IMG/VR virus record: IMGVR_UViG_3300050343_000159
Direction: 5' to 3' (one strand)
Length of the DNA: 64,000 nucleotides
From: a virus
Lineage: Duplodnaviria; Caudoviricetes
Shown: positions 1-8,902 of the stretch, in pieces
How positions within the stretch are numbered: the first letter of the stretch is position 1
How the letters are laid out: every line of letters starts with the position of its first letter
Translations under genes and position numbers: made by a program
Notes under the pieces: generated by a model
What the model was told of the DNA's origin: nothing
Seen by the model: only the letters and a program-made list of their open reading frames with translations
Database searches by the model: none

Positions 1-206
1 AATGGACTGGTTGTGATTCCACAGGCACAGAACATTGGGTTTGCACCTTGGGCTACTGTGGTTAGTAGAGAGAAACCAGAACTCGAAGTTTCTCGCACAC
101 ATATTGTATATGTTGGTGAGGTAGAACATCTATCAGAGAGAAGTATGATTCTATCTACGGTAGTAAACTGGTAACACCTGAACCCAAGAGTTTGATTCTC
201 CAATGA
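1..206 (+). CDS. 3' part of a conserved cyanophage hypothetical protein (Sm-like fold suspected), frameshifted near 128
   Basis: Reads NGLVVIPQAQNIGFAPWATVVSREKPELEV, then in another frame SIREKYDSIYGSKLVTPEPKSLILQ*; the stop overlaps the next ATG (ATGA at 203-206). Confidence 0.45.
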
Positions 207-853
207 GTTATTTTCAATTTGCTAAGAACTACTATTCTGCCAATGGTGAGGATGGTATCACAGAACAACTATTCAAAGATCTCAATATCAATGATGGTGT
301 AGTATGTGAGTTTGGTGCATGGGATGGATTTGACAATAGTAATACTGCATACTTCTGGTTCACCAAAGACTTCTCAGCTATTTTGATTGAAGGTCTAGAG
401 AGTAGATTTAATCAACTTGTAGGTAACACAAAGGGATTTGATGTAACCTGTATCAAGAACATGATACAAGAGTCTGGTGATGATAGTATTGATAACATTC
501 TTGATCGATCTATGGTGAAGTTGAACGATGATAACTTTGCTTTGATGTCTATTGACATTGATTCATTTGACTATTATGTGTTTGGTAGTATCAAGAAGTA
601 TCGTCCTAAGGTTTGTATTGTAGAAACCAGTAGTGGATACACACCAGACCAAGACTTTGTTTCTCGTAACGCTGGTTGTTCTCTAAAGTCTGTAGCAGAA
701 CTAGGAGAGACTATTGGATATAAGTGTGTGATCCATACAGGTAATGCATACTTTGTTCGTGATGATCTAGTTCATCTTTTACCAGACTATGATTATAGTT
801 TAGATGCAATCTATAGCTCTCCATCAGACATTGATTCTAGACAAGTTGTATGA
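203..853 (+). CDS. FkbM-like SAM-dependent methyltransferase
   Basis: VCEFGAWDG SAM-binding motif, LIEG, SIDIDSFDY and RPKVCIVE motifs typical of this family. Confidence 0.7.
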   Translation: MSYFQFAKNYYSANGEDGITEQLFKDLNINDGVVCEFGAWDGFDNSNTAYFWFTKDFSAILIEGLESRFNQLVGNTKGFDVTCIKNMIQESGDDSIDNILDRSMVKLNDDNFALMSIDIDSFDYYVFGSIKKYRPKVCIVETSSGYTPDQDFVSRNAGCSLKSVAELGETIGYKCVIHTGNAYFVRDDLVHLLPDYDYSLDAIYSSPSDIDSRQVV

Positions 854-1283
854 TTTTAGACATCCTACATGATGGTGATGAGATACTGAAAAGATATCTT
901 GTTCTGTCATTTTAGATGATGAAGTTAGAGAGTTCATTGGATCTATGAAAGAAACAATGATCGATGCTAATGGTATAGGTTTAGCTGCACCTCAAGTTGG
1001 TAGAAATATCAGAGTCATTGTGGTTAAACTTCAGTATGGTGACATACAAGAGATGATTAATCCGGCTATCAAATGGTATTCGGATCACACTGTCAATATT
1101 GAGGAAGGATGTTTGAGTATTCCTGGTAAACATATTGAACTTATCAGACCCAGTAAAATCTCAATATCATTTCAAGATTTGAGTGGTAAATATAAAAGGT
1201 GGAAACTAAAATCACTTGAAGCTCGTATAGTTCAACATGAGATCGATCACTTAGATGGAGTATTGATGACGGATTATGAGTGA
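850..1283 (+). CDS. def: Peptide deformylase (one-base indel near 890; true start 850, MILDILHDGDEILK)
   Basis: All three PDF motifs present: GIGLAAPQVG, EGCLS, QHEIDHLDG. Confidence 0.92.
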
Positions 1284-1306
1284 TAAAATTATTCTGAGGA
1301 AGAGAA

Positions 1307-2320
1307 ATGAAAGCTGTTGTTCTTGAAGAACTAAATCAACCTCTTGCACTTAGAGAAGTAGGATTAACTGAACTTAAGTTCGGTCAGGTATTAGTAAAAG
1401 TATTGGTAAGTGGGTTGTGTGGAGCACAACTTCGTCAGATTAAAGGTCATGAAGGTAACGAAAAGTTTCTACCACACTTGATAGGTCATGAAGGTTGTGG
1501 TATCGTTGAGGGTGTGGGTATTGGTGTCACTACCGTAAGACCTGGAGACAAAGTTGTTATGCATTGTCACCTTGGTTCTGGTATAGAATCATCTTCCCCT
1601 TCATATACTTTGGATGGTAAGACTATCTCTAGTGGAAAGATTACTACCCTAAGTGAGTTCTCTATCGTATCTGAAAATCGTGTTACTAAGATTGATCTCA
1701 AAACCCCTTCGGTTCTCGCTGCTATGCTTGGTTGTAGTCTCACCACTGCTCTGGGTATTGTTGACAATGAATGTGAACTGAAGTTCGGTGAGTCTGTTGC
1801 TATTCTTGGTTGTGGTGGTGTAGGGTTGAACCTTATCCAAGCAGCCAAGATGAAGAATGCATCACCCATTTATGGTGTGGATATAAACCAAAGCATGTTT
1901 GATCTAGCTTCACAACTAGGAGCAGACTGTTTTGTGTATGATATTCAATATCTTCCAAATAAATGTGATATTATTATCGACACAACTGGTATTCCTGATG
2001 TTATCTCTGCAGCTTTTGAAAGATTGAAACCTGGTGGAAGATTGATCCTAACCGGACAACCCGCACCAGACCGTCTTGTATGTCTTCCTAATGTTGTATC
2101 CATGTTTGATGGTGATGGTAAGTCTATTCGTGCCATAAGAGGTGGTGGGACTGATCCTGAGAAGGATATCCCTCGTTATATTAAACTTGCCCTCAAAGGT
2201 TTATTGGATTATGAGACCATACATACTCATACATTTACACTCGATGAAATCAATGAAGCTTTTGATTTGTTGAGGAGTGGAAGTGCTGGTAAAATTATGA
2301 TAAAGATTAGCGAATCATGA
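1307..2320 (+). CDS. Zn-dependent alcohol dehydrogenase (MDR family)
   Basis: GLCGAQ catalytic Cys, GHEGCG motif, GCGGVG Rossmann motif. Confidence 0.85.
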   Translation: MKAVVLEELNQPLALREVGLTELKFGQVLVKVLVSGLCGAQLRQIKGHEGNEKFLPHLIGHEGCGIVEGVGIGVTTVRPGDKVVMHCHLGSGIESSSPSYTLDGKTISSGKITTLSEFSIVSENRVTKIDLKTPSVLAAMLGCSLTTALGIVDNECELKFGESVAILGCGGVGLNLIQAAKMKNASPIYGVDINQSMFDLASQLGADCFVYDIQYLPNKCDIIIDTTGIPDVISAAFERLKPGGRLILTGQPAPDRLVCLPNVVSMFDGDGKSIRAIRGGGTDPEKDIPRYIKLALKGLLDYETIHTHTFTLDEINEAFDLLRSGSAGKIMIKISES

Positions 2321-2472
2321 AACGACTAGACAAAGAAACAGGTAAACTCATGACACAATTGAACATCAGTAATCTGGTTCAATCTCTTGAGGCTGAAGTA
2401 ACTTATCTTACCTGTTGGGATTATAACGGTAAGAAGACAAGGAAAATTGTATTTGAGTACACTGATGAGTGA
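2317..2472 (+). CDS. Small hypothetical protein (51 aa)
   Basis: MKRLDKETGKLMTQ...KIVFEYTDE*; ATG overlaps the ADH stop, packed in the operon. Confidence 0.5.
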   Translation: MKRLDKETGKLMTQLNISNLVQSLEAEVTYLTCWDYNGKKTRKIVFEYTDE

Positions 2473-3199
2473 TGTAATCCTAGCAGCATGGCATGGAGGG
2501 TTGGGTGATAATATTCAATTCTCCACATTACCTGAAGAGTTCTACAAACAACAGGGTAGAGAAACATATCTGAAGGATGGTTCATCTTTCAGAAACGAAG
2601 GTATCTATGAATTGATTTGGAAATACAATCCTTATATCAAAGGTATCAAAGAAGGTGAATGGAATGCAGGTGATATCCCAGAGATTGAATATTCCAATGT
2701 AGCTGGAACCTGTATTGCAAACTGGGAGAAGCTTCATGGGTTAGAACCAACCAATAAGTATCCAAAGATATACTACAAACCTAAAGTATCTTCAGAATAT
2801 AGTGGTGTTTATCTGGTTGACTTCACATGTATAAGTATTGATTATGATATGGGGAAGTTAATCAATAAACTGAAACAACTTCAGAGTGAATATTCTGACA
2901 TGAAGTTTGTTGAGGTAACATTCTCTGAAGACCTGAGTGGTGATGATGGGAAGTATAATCAGTATGACATGAACTTGGAGAAACTGGTTATCAATAATAT
3001 CTTTGACTACTATGACATCATTTGTAGTTGCTCTGGTCTGGTTGCTCTCAGTAGTGGAGCCAGTCACATGTCCTCTGCAGCAAAGGAACATAACAAATCT
3101 CTAAACAGTATTTGCATTATGGAGGAATCGTGGTATAATTACCATGTGAATAAAGGAAACCTCTTCATCTTTGACAACATTGACTATCAAGTAATATGA
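2465..3199 (+). CDS. Putative glycosyltransferase (GT9/heptosyltransferase-like N-terminus)
   Basis: N-terminal GGLGDNIQFSTLP motif, C-terminal SSGASHM motif, and position beside HldE-domain genes. Confidence 0.45.
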   Translation: MSDVILAAWHGGLGDNIQFSTLPEEFYKQQGRETYLKDGSSFRNEGIYELIWKYNPYIKGIKEGEWNAGDIPEIEYSNVAGTCIANWEKLHGLEPTNKYPKIYYKPKVSSEYSGVYLVDFTCISIDYDMGKLINKLKQLQSEYSDMKFVEVTFSEDLSGDDGKYNQYDMNLEKLVINNIFDYYDIICSCSGLVALSSGASHMSSAAKEHNKSLNSICIMEESWYNYHVNKGNLFIFDNIDYQVI

Positions 3200-4173
3200 A
3201 ATTTTTAATCACAGGTATCACTGGGTTTGCTGGTCCACACCTAGCAAACCTTCTTCATGCACGAGGTCATGAGGTTTATGGTCTTATTCGTAGGACTAAT
3301 GGAATGGAGAGTGACATTCGTGATGTTGTTCCTGATGATGTGTATGAAGATATCACATTTGTATATGGAGAACTGACAAACTATCGTTCACTCGTTACTA
3401 TCTTTAAAGATACTCAGTTCGATGGTGTCTTCCACCTTGCAGCTCAATCACATCCACCCACAAGTTTCCGTGATCCTATCGGAACTATGGATACTAATGT
3501 GATGGGTAGTGCTAACCTGTTCCAAGTCATTCAAGACTTCCAGGATAACTGTAAGGTGATGTTCTGTTCTACATCTGAAGTTTATGGGAATGTTGGATCC
3601 GATGGTCGTAAGATTCGTTGGGATGATACTATTCTTCCTTCTAATCCTTATGGTGCTTCTAAGGCAGCGACTGATGTTTATCTCCAAGAGAGATTTGCAA
3701 ATGGATTCATGAAAGGTTTCATCACTCGTGCGTTCTCACACACTGGTCCACGTCGTGGTCGTATCTTCTCTATCTCCTCTGATGCTTATCAGATTGCAAG
3801 GATGATGAGAGGGTATCAAGAACCAACTCTATTGATTGGAAACCTCTCTACAACCCGTGTGGTGATGGATGTGAGGGATACAGTAAGAGCATACTACTTG
3901 GCTATGATTAATCCTGAAGTGAAGGATCAAATCTTTAATGTGTGTGGTGATACTCCTCGACAGATGCAGTATTTTACTGATAAGTTGATTGAACTATCTG
4001 GTCTAAAGGATGTGAAACAGAAGATCCATCAACCATTCTGGAGACCACATGAGATTCACTATCAACATGGTGACTCTACTAACCTTGTAGAGATGACAGG
4101 ATTTGAAGAGGAGTATAATATTGACACAACTCTGATGGATCTGTTACGATACTGGTATGACAAACTATCATGA
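3196..4173 (+). CDS. gmd: GDP-mannose 4,6-dehydratase-like NAD-dependent epimerase/dehydratase
   Basis: ITGITGFAG Rossmann motif, HLAAQSH, STSEVYG, YGASK catalytic motif. Confidence 0.75.
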   Translation: MKFLITGITGFAGPHLANLLHARGHEVYGLIRRTNGMESDIRDVVPDDVYEDITFVYGELTNYRSLVTIFKDTQFDGVFHLAAQSHPPTSFRDPIGTMDTNVMGSANLFQVIQDFQDNCKVMFCSTSEVYGNVGSDGRKIRWDDTILPSNPYGASKAATDVYLQERFANGFMKGFITRAFSHTGPRRGRIFSISSDAYQIARMMRGYQEPTLLIGNLSTTRVVMDVRDTVRAYYLAMINPEVKDQIFNVCGDTPRQMQYFTDKLIELSGLKDVKQKIHQPFWRPHEIHYQHGDSTNLVEMTGFEEEYNIDTTLMDLLRYWYDKLS

Positions 4174-4910
4174 AGAAGATTTTAATCATTGGTGATAGTT
4201 GTAAAGACATCTACACCTATTGTGATGTCAAAAGATTGTCACCTGAAAAACCTGTTCCTGTTCTTGAGGTAGATCATGTAGAGGAGATGCCCGGTATGGC
4301 TATGAATGTCTACCGGAATGTATGTCACATGATGCCAAGAAAGAAAGTAGATATTGTTACCAATAATAATTGGAAGAGTGTCACGAAGAATAGATTTGTG
4401 GACCAGAAAAGTAATCACATGTTTAGTCGTGTTGATACCCCGCAGTTTATTGATAGGGTTGATGTATTTGAATTAAAGTTAGAGGACTATGAGTATGTCA
4501 TCATTTCAGATTATGATAAGGGATTTATTTACTGGGATGATATTGAGTGGATTTGTTCTCGCCATAGTTCCGTTTTTCTTGACACGAAAAAGGAGTTGGA
4601 CACTTGGGCATTTGATGCTAAGTATATCAAGATCAATAACTTCGAAGCTGAAAGAAGTTGTATTATGGTTGAACACTTGGGCGAAAAGGTGATTCAAACC
4701 TGTGGTAGTGATGGTGTATTTTGGAATGGTGATCTGTTCCCTGTGAAAGATAAGGTAGAAACACTAGACGTTAGTGGTGCTGGAGATACCTTCTTAGCAG
4801 CACTTGTGGTAAGATACTCACAGGATAAGAAGATTGCAAGTTCTATCAAGTATGCCAATAGACAGGCAAGTAAGGTAGTATCTAAAAGAGGAACTAGTGT
4901 CCCAGACTAA
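4170..4910 (+). CDS. HldE/RfaE-like heptose-7-phosphate kinase domain (PfkB family)
   Basis: ILIIGDSCKD, RLSPEKPVPV, ISDYDKG and DVSGAGDTF motifs. Confidence 0.85.
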   Translation: MKKILIIGDSCKDIYTYCDVKRLSPEKPVPVLEVDHVEEMPGMAMNVYRNVCHMMPRKKVDIVTNNNWKSVTKNRFVDQKSNHMFSRVDTPQFIDRVDVFELKLEDYEYVIISDYDKGFIYWDDIEWICSRHSSVFLDTKKELDTWAFDAKYIKINNFEAERSCIMVEHLGEKVIQTCGSDGVFWNGDLFPVKDKVETLDVSGAGDTFLAALVVRYSQDKKIASSIKYANRQASKVVSKRGTSVPD

Positions 4911-5316
4911 AACTATTTGGTTGAATGGATGTTATGACATTCTTACTCCTGCTCACATTGAGTTATTCTCAGTAGCCAGATCCCTTGGTGGGACTGAAGG
5001 GAGAGTTATTGTTGGTCTCGATTCTGATGATAAAGTCAAGAGAAGTAAAGGAGATCTGAGACCTATCAATACATTCTCAGATCGTAAAATCATGTTAGAG
5101 TCTATTAGATACATAGATTTAGTAATAGGATTTGACGATCGTCAGGGATTAGAAAACTTGATTGAGATGTTCAAACCCGATATCATGTTACTAGGCGGAG
5201 ATTGGAGAAATGGGGATGTCGTCGGACGACAACATTGTGAAGATGTCAGATTTCTTGACAGGAGGGAAGGGTATTCCTCAACAGATATCATCGAAAGGTG
5301 CAAACGATCTAATTAA
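4897..5316 (+). CDS. HldE/RfaE-like nucleotidylyltransferase domain
   Basis: NGCYDILTPAH (variant of GxFDxxHxGH), VGLDSD, KGDLRPIN, GGDW, YSSTDII. Confidence 0.85.
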   Translation: MSQTKTIWLNGCYDILTPAHIELFSVARSLGGTEGRVIVGLDSDDKVKRSKGDLRPINTFSDRKIMLESIRYIDLVIGFDDRQGLENLIEMFKPDIMLLGGDWRNGDVVGRQHCEDVRFLDRREGYSSTDIIERCKRSN

Positions 5317-5653
5317 GTTTGTACCAAAAGGATGGGGATATGAGAAGTGGATTGTCAATTGTCCACTATATTGTGGTAAGATACTATTCATCGCTCAGGG
5401 TAAGAAGTGTTCATGGCACTATCATAAGGTAAAGGATGAGGTATTCTATGTCCAGAGTGGTGCAATAGAAGTTATCTTTTCTTATAAAGATAACCCAGAG
5501 GTTGCTGATAAAATCCTTCTAATAGAAGGAGATAAGTTTCATGTTCCTACAGGTATGAGACATCAAATGTATGCATTAAAAGATACAGAGTTGTTTGAGT
5601 TCTCGACACAACACTTTGACTATGATAGTATTCGTTTACAGAAAGGAGACTGA
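5210..5653 (+). CDS. Cupin-fold sugar isomerase-like protein (true start probably downstream of 5210)
   Basis: VPKGWGYEKW, CSWHYHKVKDEVFY and VPTGMRHQ cupin His motifs. Confidence 0.7.
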   Translation: MGMSSDDNIVKMSDFLTGGKGIPQQISSKGANDLIKFVPKGWGYEKWIVNCPLYCGKILFIAQGKKCSWHYHKVKDEVFYVQSGAIEVIFSYKDNPEVADKILLIEGDKFHVPTGMRHQMYALKDTELFEFSTQHFDYDSIRLQKGD

Positions 5654-5997
5654 TGAGGTATTGTTTTGATATTGACGGTACAATCTGTACCCCAACTATA
5701 GGAAGGGCATACGATCAGGCAATACCTTATACCTCAAGGATAGATCGTATCAATGGATTATATGATGAGGGACACTACATCATCTACTTTACAGCAAGAG
5801 CTATGGGTAGGTTTGCTGGTGACCCTGATGATAGACAGAAGGCCAAAGAAGCAATGGAAGATATTACTACCGAGCAACTCAAGAAGTGGGGATGTAAACA
5901 TCATGAACTTCTATTCGGTAAACCACACGCTGATGTGTTTATTGATGACAAGGGTGTAAGTGATTTGAATTGGTTTGATCAGGAAGGACTTCAGTAA
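5653..5997 (+). CDS. HAD-superfamily phosphatase (capsule-biosynthesis type)
   Basis: FDIDGT motif I, YFTAR motif II, GKP..DVFIDDK motifs III/IV. Confidence 0.75.
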   Translation: MRYCFDIDGTICTPTIGRAYDQAIPYTSRIDRINGLYDEGHYIIYFTARAMGRFAGDPDDRQKAKEAMEDITTEQLKKWGCKHHELLFGKPHADVFIDDKGVSDLNWFDQEGLQ

Positions 5998-6791
5998 TGG
6001 ACAAGAACAAAGCAGTATTCAAGACTAAAAACATTGGTCCTATCTACTACATCAATCTGGATGATCAACCAGAGAGGCGTGAGTTTATGGAGAACCAGTT
6101 TAAGTACTGGGAGATAGAGAACTACACCAGAGTATCTGCCTATGATGGTAGAGAAGATGATCTGAGTGATATTATCAAGGGTAGATATCCTGAGATGATG
6201 TCGTCCGGTGAGATTGGTTGTACTACATCACACCTCAAAGCTATCAAACAGTTCTATGATAGTGGAGAACCATATGCAATCATGATGGAAGATGATTGTA
6301 GTTTAGATCTAATCAAGTATTGGAACTTTACTTGGAGAGATTTCTACTGTAAGCTTCCTTATGACTGGGATGTGTGTCAGATTGCAATCATCTGTACAGG
6401 AGATGTACATATCAAGATCCATAAGAGATTTGTAAATGAGTTCTCTACTGCTTGTTATCTAATCACAAGACACCATGCAGAGAAGATGATTCGTCTTCAT
6501 TGTCGTGGTGAGAAATACAAACTGGACAATGGTGTAAGACCACGACCAGTTGCAGATGACCTTCTGTATAACTCAGGTAATACTTACGCTCTCCCTCTCC
6601 TTCTATATCACATCCCATTGGGGTCTAGTATCCACCCAGAACACGTTGATGCCTTCCATAAGGGTAACTTTGATGCTCAGTTTAACTTCTGGTCACAGAA
6701 GGGTGCACAGATGAGTATCGATGAACTGATGGATTATGATCCATATCTTGGTAGAGTGTCAGAGTCTTCACACCAACCGAACCAAGCTTGA
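5997..6791 (+). CDS. Glycosyltransferase family 25
   Basis: YYINLD..PERR, GEIGCTTSH and IMMEDDC motifs. Confidence 0.8.
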   Translation: MDKNKAVFKTKNIGPIYYINLDDQPERREFMENQFKYWEIENYTRVSAYDGREDDLSDIIKGRYPEMMSSGEIGCTTSHLKAIKQFYDSGEPYAIMMEDDCSLDLIKYWNFTWRDFYCKLPYDWDVCQIAIICTGDVHIKIHKRFVNEFSTACYLITRHHAEKMIRLHCRGEKYKLDNGVRPRPVADDLLYNSGNTYALPLLLYHIPLGSSIHPEHVDAFHKGNFDAQFNFWSQKGAQMSIDELMDYDPYLGRVSESSHQPNQA

Positions 6792-6821
6792 CGGGTTAGC
6801 AGTTTATTGATACAATAAATA
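6788..6821 (+). promoter_or_regulatory. Sigma70-type promoter overlapping a T4-late-like box
   Basis: TTGACG (6788-93), 17-nt spacer, TACAAT (6811-16); AATAAATA at 6814-21. Confidence 0.65.
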
Positions 6822-6823
6822 GA

Positions 6824-6857
6824 CTTGTGAGACGGTAATTCCTCACAAGATTTTTTT
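6824..6857 (+). terminator. Hairpin plus T-tract (intrinsic terminator or 5' leader hairpin)
   Basis: CTTGTGAG (6824-31) pairs with CTCACAAG (6842-49), followed by ATTTTTTT. Confidence 0.55.
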
Positions 6858-6859
6858 CA

Positions 6860-6960
6860 ACAGTGCCCTACCCTCGCAAACTTAGGTTAGGGGCATGTAG
6901 TTCAAACAAACAGAGACGAGTCGAGTCTCTTTCCATCCGTAGGTTAAACTCTACGAGACA
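6860..6960 (+). ncRNA. Structured leader RNA, possibly the manA RNA motif
   Basis: Successive hairpins TGCCCTACCCT/AGGTTAGGGGCA, AGAGAC/GTCTCT and CGTAG/CTACG in a non-coding 5' leader; the manA assignment is from recollection only. Confidence 0.4.
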
Positions 6961-6974
6961 AAAAGGTAAAACAA

Positions 6975-7341
6975 ATGTTTAAATCTGTATTCGCAGCAAC
7001 CGCTGCTCTGTCCATGTCCGCTGGCGCTGCCCTTGCAGGTCCCTACGTTAACGTCGAAACCAATGCTGGTTGGGTTGGCGATGATTACACCGCGGCAACG
7101 ACAGACCTCCACGTAGGTTTTGAAGGAGAAGCCGGTGCTGCTTCCTACTACATCCAGGCTGGTCCTGCAATCGTCGCTGTTGACGGCGAAGAGACTGACA
7201 CCCAGTTCTCTGGTAAGGCAGGTGTTGGCGTCCCCGTTTCCGACCCTCGGAGTATATGGTGAGCTGTCCTTCCTGACCGCTGAAGACGATGCTGATGACT
7301 TCGGTGTTGGTGGTAAGTTGGGTGTTAAGTACAACTTCTGA
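6975..7341 (+). CDS. Small outer-membrane beta-barrel-like protein with signal peptide (indel near 7247)
   Basis: Signal peptide MFKSVFAATAALSMSAGAALA, alternating hydrophobic beta-strand pattern, C-terminus GVGGKLGVKYNF. Confidence 0.6.
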
Positions 7342-7350
7342 TTGTTCATA

Positions 7351-7379
7351 TAGACAAATAAATATCTAGATGTTATACT
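7351..7379 (+). promoter_or_regulatory. Sigma70-type promoter with an embedded late-like box
   Basis: TAGACA, 17-nt spacer, TATACT; AATAAATA directly after the -35. Confidence 0.5.
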
Positions 7380-7407
7380 GGGGGTGCTACGGCATCCCCC
7401 TTTTTTT
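7380..7407 (+). terminator. Rho-independent terminator
   Basis: GGGGGTGC-TACG-GCATCCCCC followed by T7. Confidence 0.8.
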
Positions 7408-7601
7408 ATGAAAAATTATTTTATAAAGATCATCACTCATCCTGCTACACACTTTAATCTGATTTCTATTGGAGTATTGATTACGATAGGGGAATGCTTC
7501 ATAACCATGCTCACTATTCTATGGAAGTAGATGCTGATTCGTATGTCAGGCAATGGTGCAGTAAGCATCCAAAGAAATGCACGTATAATAGAGATTGGTA
7601 G
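7408..7601 (+). CDS. Small cyanophage hypothetical protein (frameshifted)
   Basis: MKNYFIKIITHPATHFNLISIGVLITIG continues in another frame as MLHNHAHYSMEVDADSYVRQWCSKHPKKC. Confidence 0.45.
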
Positions 7602-7613
7602 TAGAAACCCTAT

Positions 7614-7652
7614 GTTACAAATGTTGACAAATGTTAAGAAAACATATATAAT
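7614..7652 (+). promoter_or_regulatory. hli promoter with an HLR1-like (RpaB) direct repeat
   Basis: TTGACA (7624-29), 17-nt spacer, TATAAT (7647-52); GTTACAAA-TG-TTGACAAA repeat at 7614-31. Confidence 0.6.
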
Positions 7653-7679
7653 ATAACATAACTTAACATAAAAGAATTT

Positions 7680-7890
7680 ATGACTGTAACTACTAATGAA
7701 AGAGGACAACAAAATTTGTTCGCCAAGGAACCTACAATGTATGTTTCTCAGACTGATGCTGAAAGATACGGTTATGAAATCCTATGCAGAAAAGGCAGAG
7801 AAGCTCAATGGTCGTGCCGCGATGGTTGGATTCTTCTTTGCTATTTTCTCATACTCATTGACCGGTAACATTTTCTTCGGTCTTATCTGA
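7680..7890 (+). CDS. hli: High-light-inducible protein (indel near 7775)
   Basis: N-terminus MTVTTNERGQQNLFAKEP and chlorophyll-binding motif AEKLNGRAAMVGF in adjacent frames. Confidence 0.9.
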
Positions 7891-7973
7891 TGACATTACT
7901 GGCATTATCTGGTATACTATTTGCGTCCTTCGTGGGCGCATCACTAATCACACAAACAGGAGAGGAATCATGA
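7890..7973 (+). CDS. 27-aa hydrophobic peptide
   Basis: MTLLALSGILFASFVGASLITQTGEES*, translationally coupled between two hli genes. Confidence 0.45.
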   Translation: MTLLALSGILFASFVGASLITQTGEES

Positions 7974-8077
7974 ACGAAAACGCAGAACGCATCAACGGTT
8001 GGGCAGCAATGCTCGGAATCATTGCAGCCATCGGCGCATATGCTACAACTGGTCAAATCATTCCAGGCTTATGGTAA
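7970..8077 (+). CDS. hli: High-light-inducible protein (35 aa; missed by the ORF track)
   Basis: MNENAERINGWAAMLGIIAAIGAYATTGQIIPGLW*; purine-rich RBS-like sequence upstream. Confidence 0.9.
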   Translation: MNENAERINGWAAMLGIIAAIGAYATTGQIIPGLW

Positions 8078-8202
8078 TCGAACAAACAATATTATTTTGT
8101 TTGGTTCCTCTAATCTTCATGTTATTGTTGGTAGAAGAGGAAGATGATGATAACGATATGGACGGGGGCATGATGGTTCCCGCATACCAAGGATCCCAAT
8201 AA
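8071..8202 (+). CDS. Small membrane peptide with an acidic DDD-x-GGM tail
   Basis: MVIEQTILFCLVPLIFMLLLVEEEDDDNDMDGGMMVPAYQGSQ. Confidence 0.55.
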   Translation: MVIEQTILFCLVPLIFMLLLVEEEDDDNDMDGGMMVPAYQGSQ

Positions 8203-8246
8203 GGGGTCCTTTTTTTCTAAATACTGGTGCCACACCAGAACCAATA

Positions 8247-8701
8247 ATGGAAAATAATCCAGAAGAAATTAAGAAGGAAGATCCAAAAAAGAAAGGTATC
8301 CTCGGTAAACTAAAAGAGGCAGCAGATGACAAAGAAGAACAACTTGCTATTCTGTCTACTTTTGTTAGGCTTGGGATCCTTGTTTGGAGTGGCGGAATAC
8401 TCACGTTGGCTTATATACAACTCCCCCCAGCTCTTGGTATTCCCGAACAAAAACTAGATCCAACTTTTATTGCATCTGTATTCACTGGAGTGCTTGCAAC
8501 CTTTGGTGTTCAGGCAGCTAAGAAGAATGGAGATGGAACCTACAAAGCACAAGCTGCAGTGCTGCTGGTGGTATCACTAAAGCTGATTTGAAAGAACTCA
8601 TTGATGCTGCCAAAGAGACAGCACCAGCACAGGTGATTAGAGTAGAACAAGCTCCACTAGTTATTTCTGCAATTGATCCTAAAAAAGACTTGAAATCCTA
8701 A
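8247..8701 (+). CDS. Conserved two-TM hypothetical protein (frameshift near 8555)
   Basis: LSTFVRLGILVWSGGILTLAY and DPTFIASVFTGVLATFGV hydrophobic segments; continues in another frame. Confidence 0.6.
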
Positions 8702-8761
8702 CAAATAGTTGTCTTAAACACACTCCATATCTAATATAGATTATAGAGTTTTAAGAGAAAA

Positions 8762-8902
8762 ATGATCTCTTCACTAATGAACAATGGCCTCTTCTTAGGA
8801 GGTCTTTGTTATGCCTTAATAGTTGTGCCAGTAATAGGAATGCAACTAATCCATGAACATGGATGGCAACACTGGCAACCCTTTGATAAGGGGCACAAGT
8901 GA
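8762..8902 (+). CDS. Small membrane hypothetical protein (46 aa)
   Basis: MISSLMNNGLFLGGLCYALIVVPVIGMQLIHEHGWQHWQPFDKGHK*. Confidence 0.45.
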   Translation: MISSLMNNGLFLGGLCYALIVVPVIGMQLIHEHGWQHWQPFDKGHK

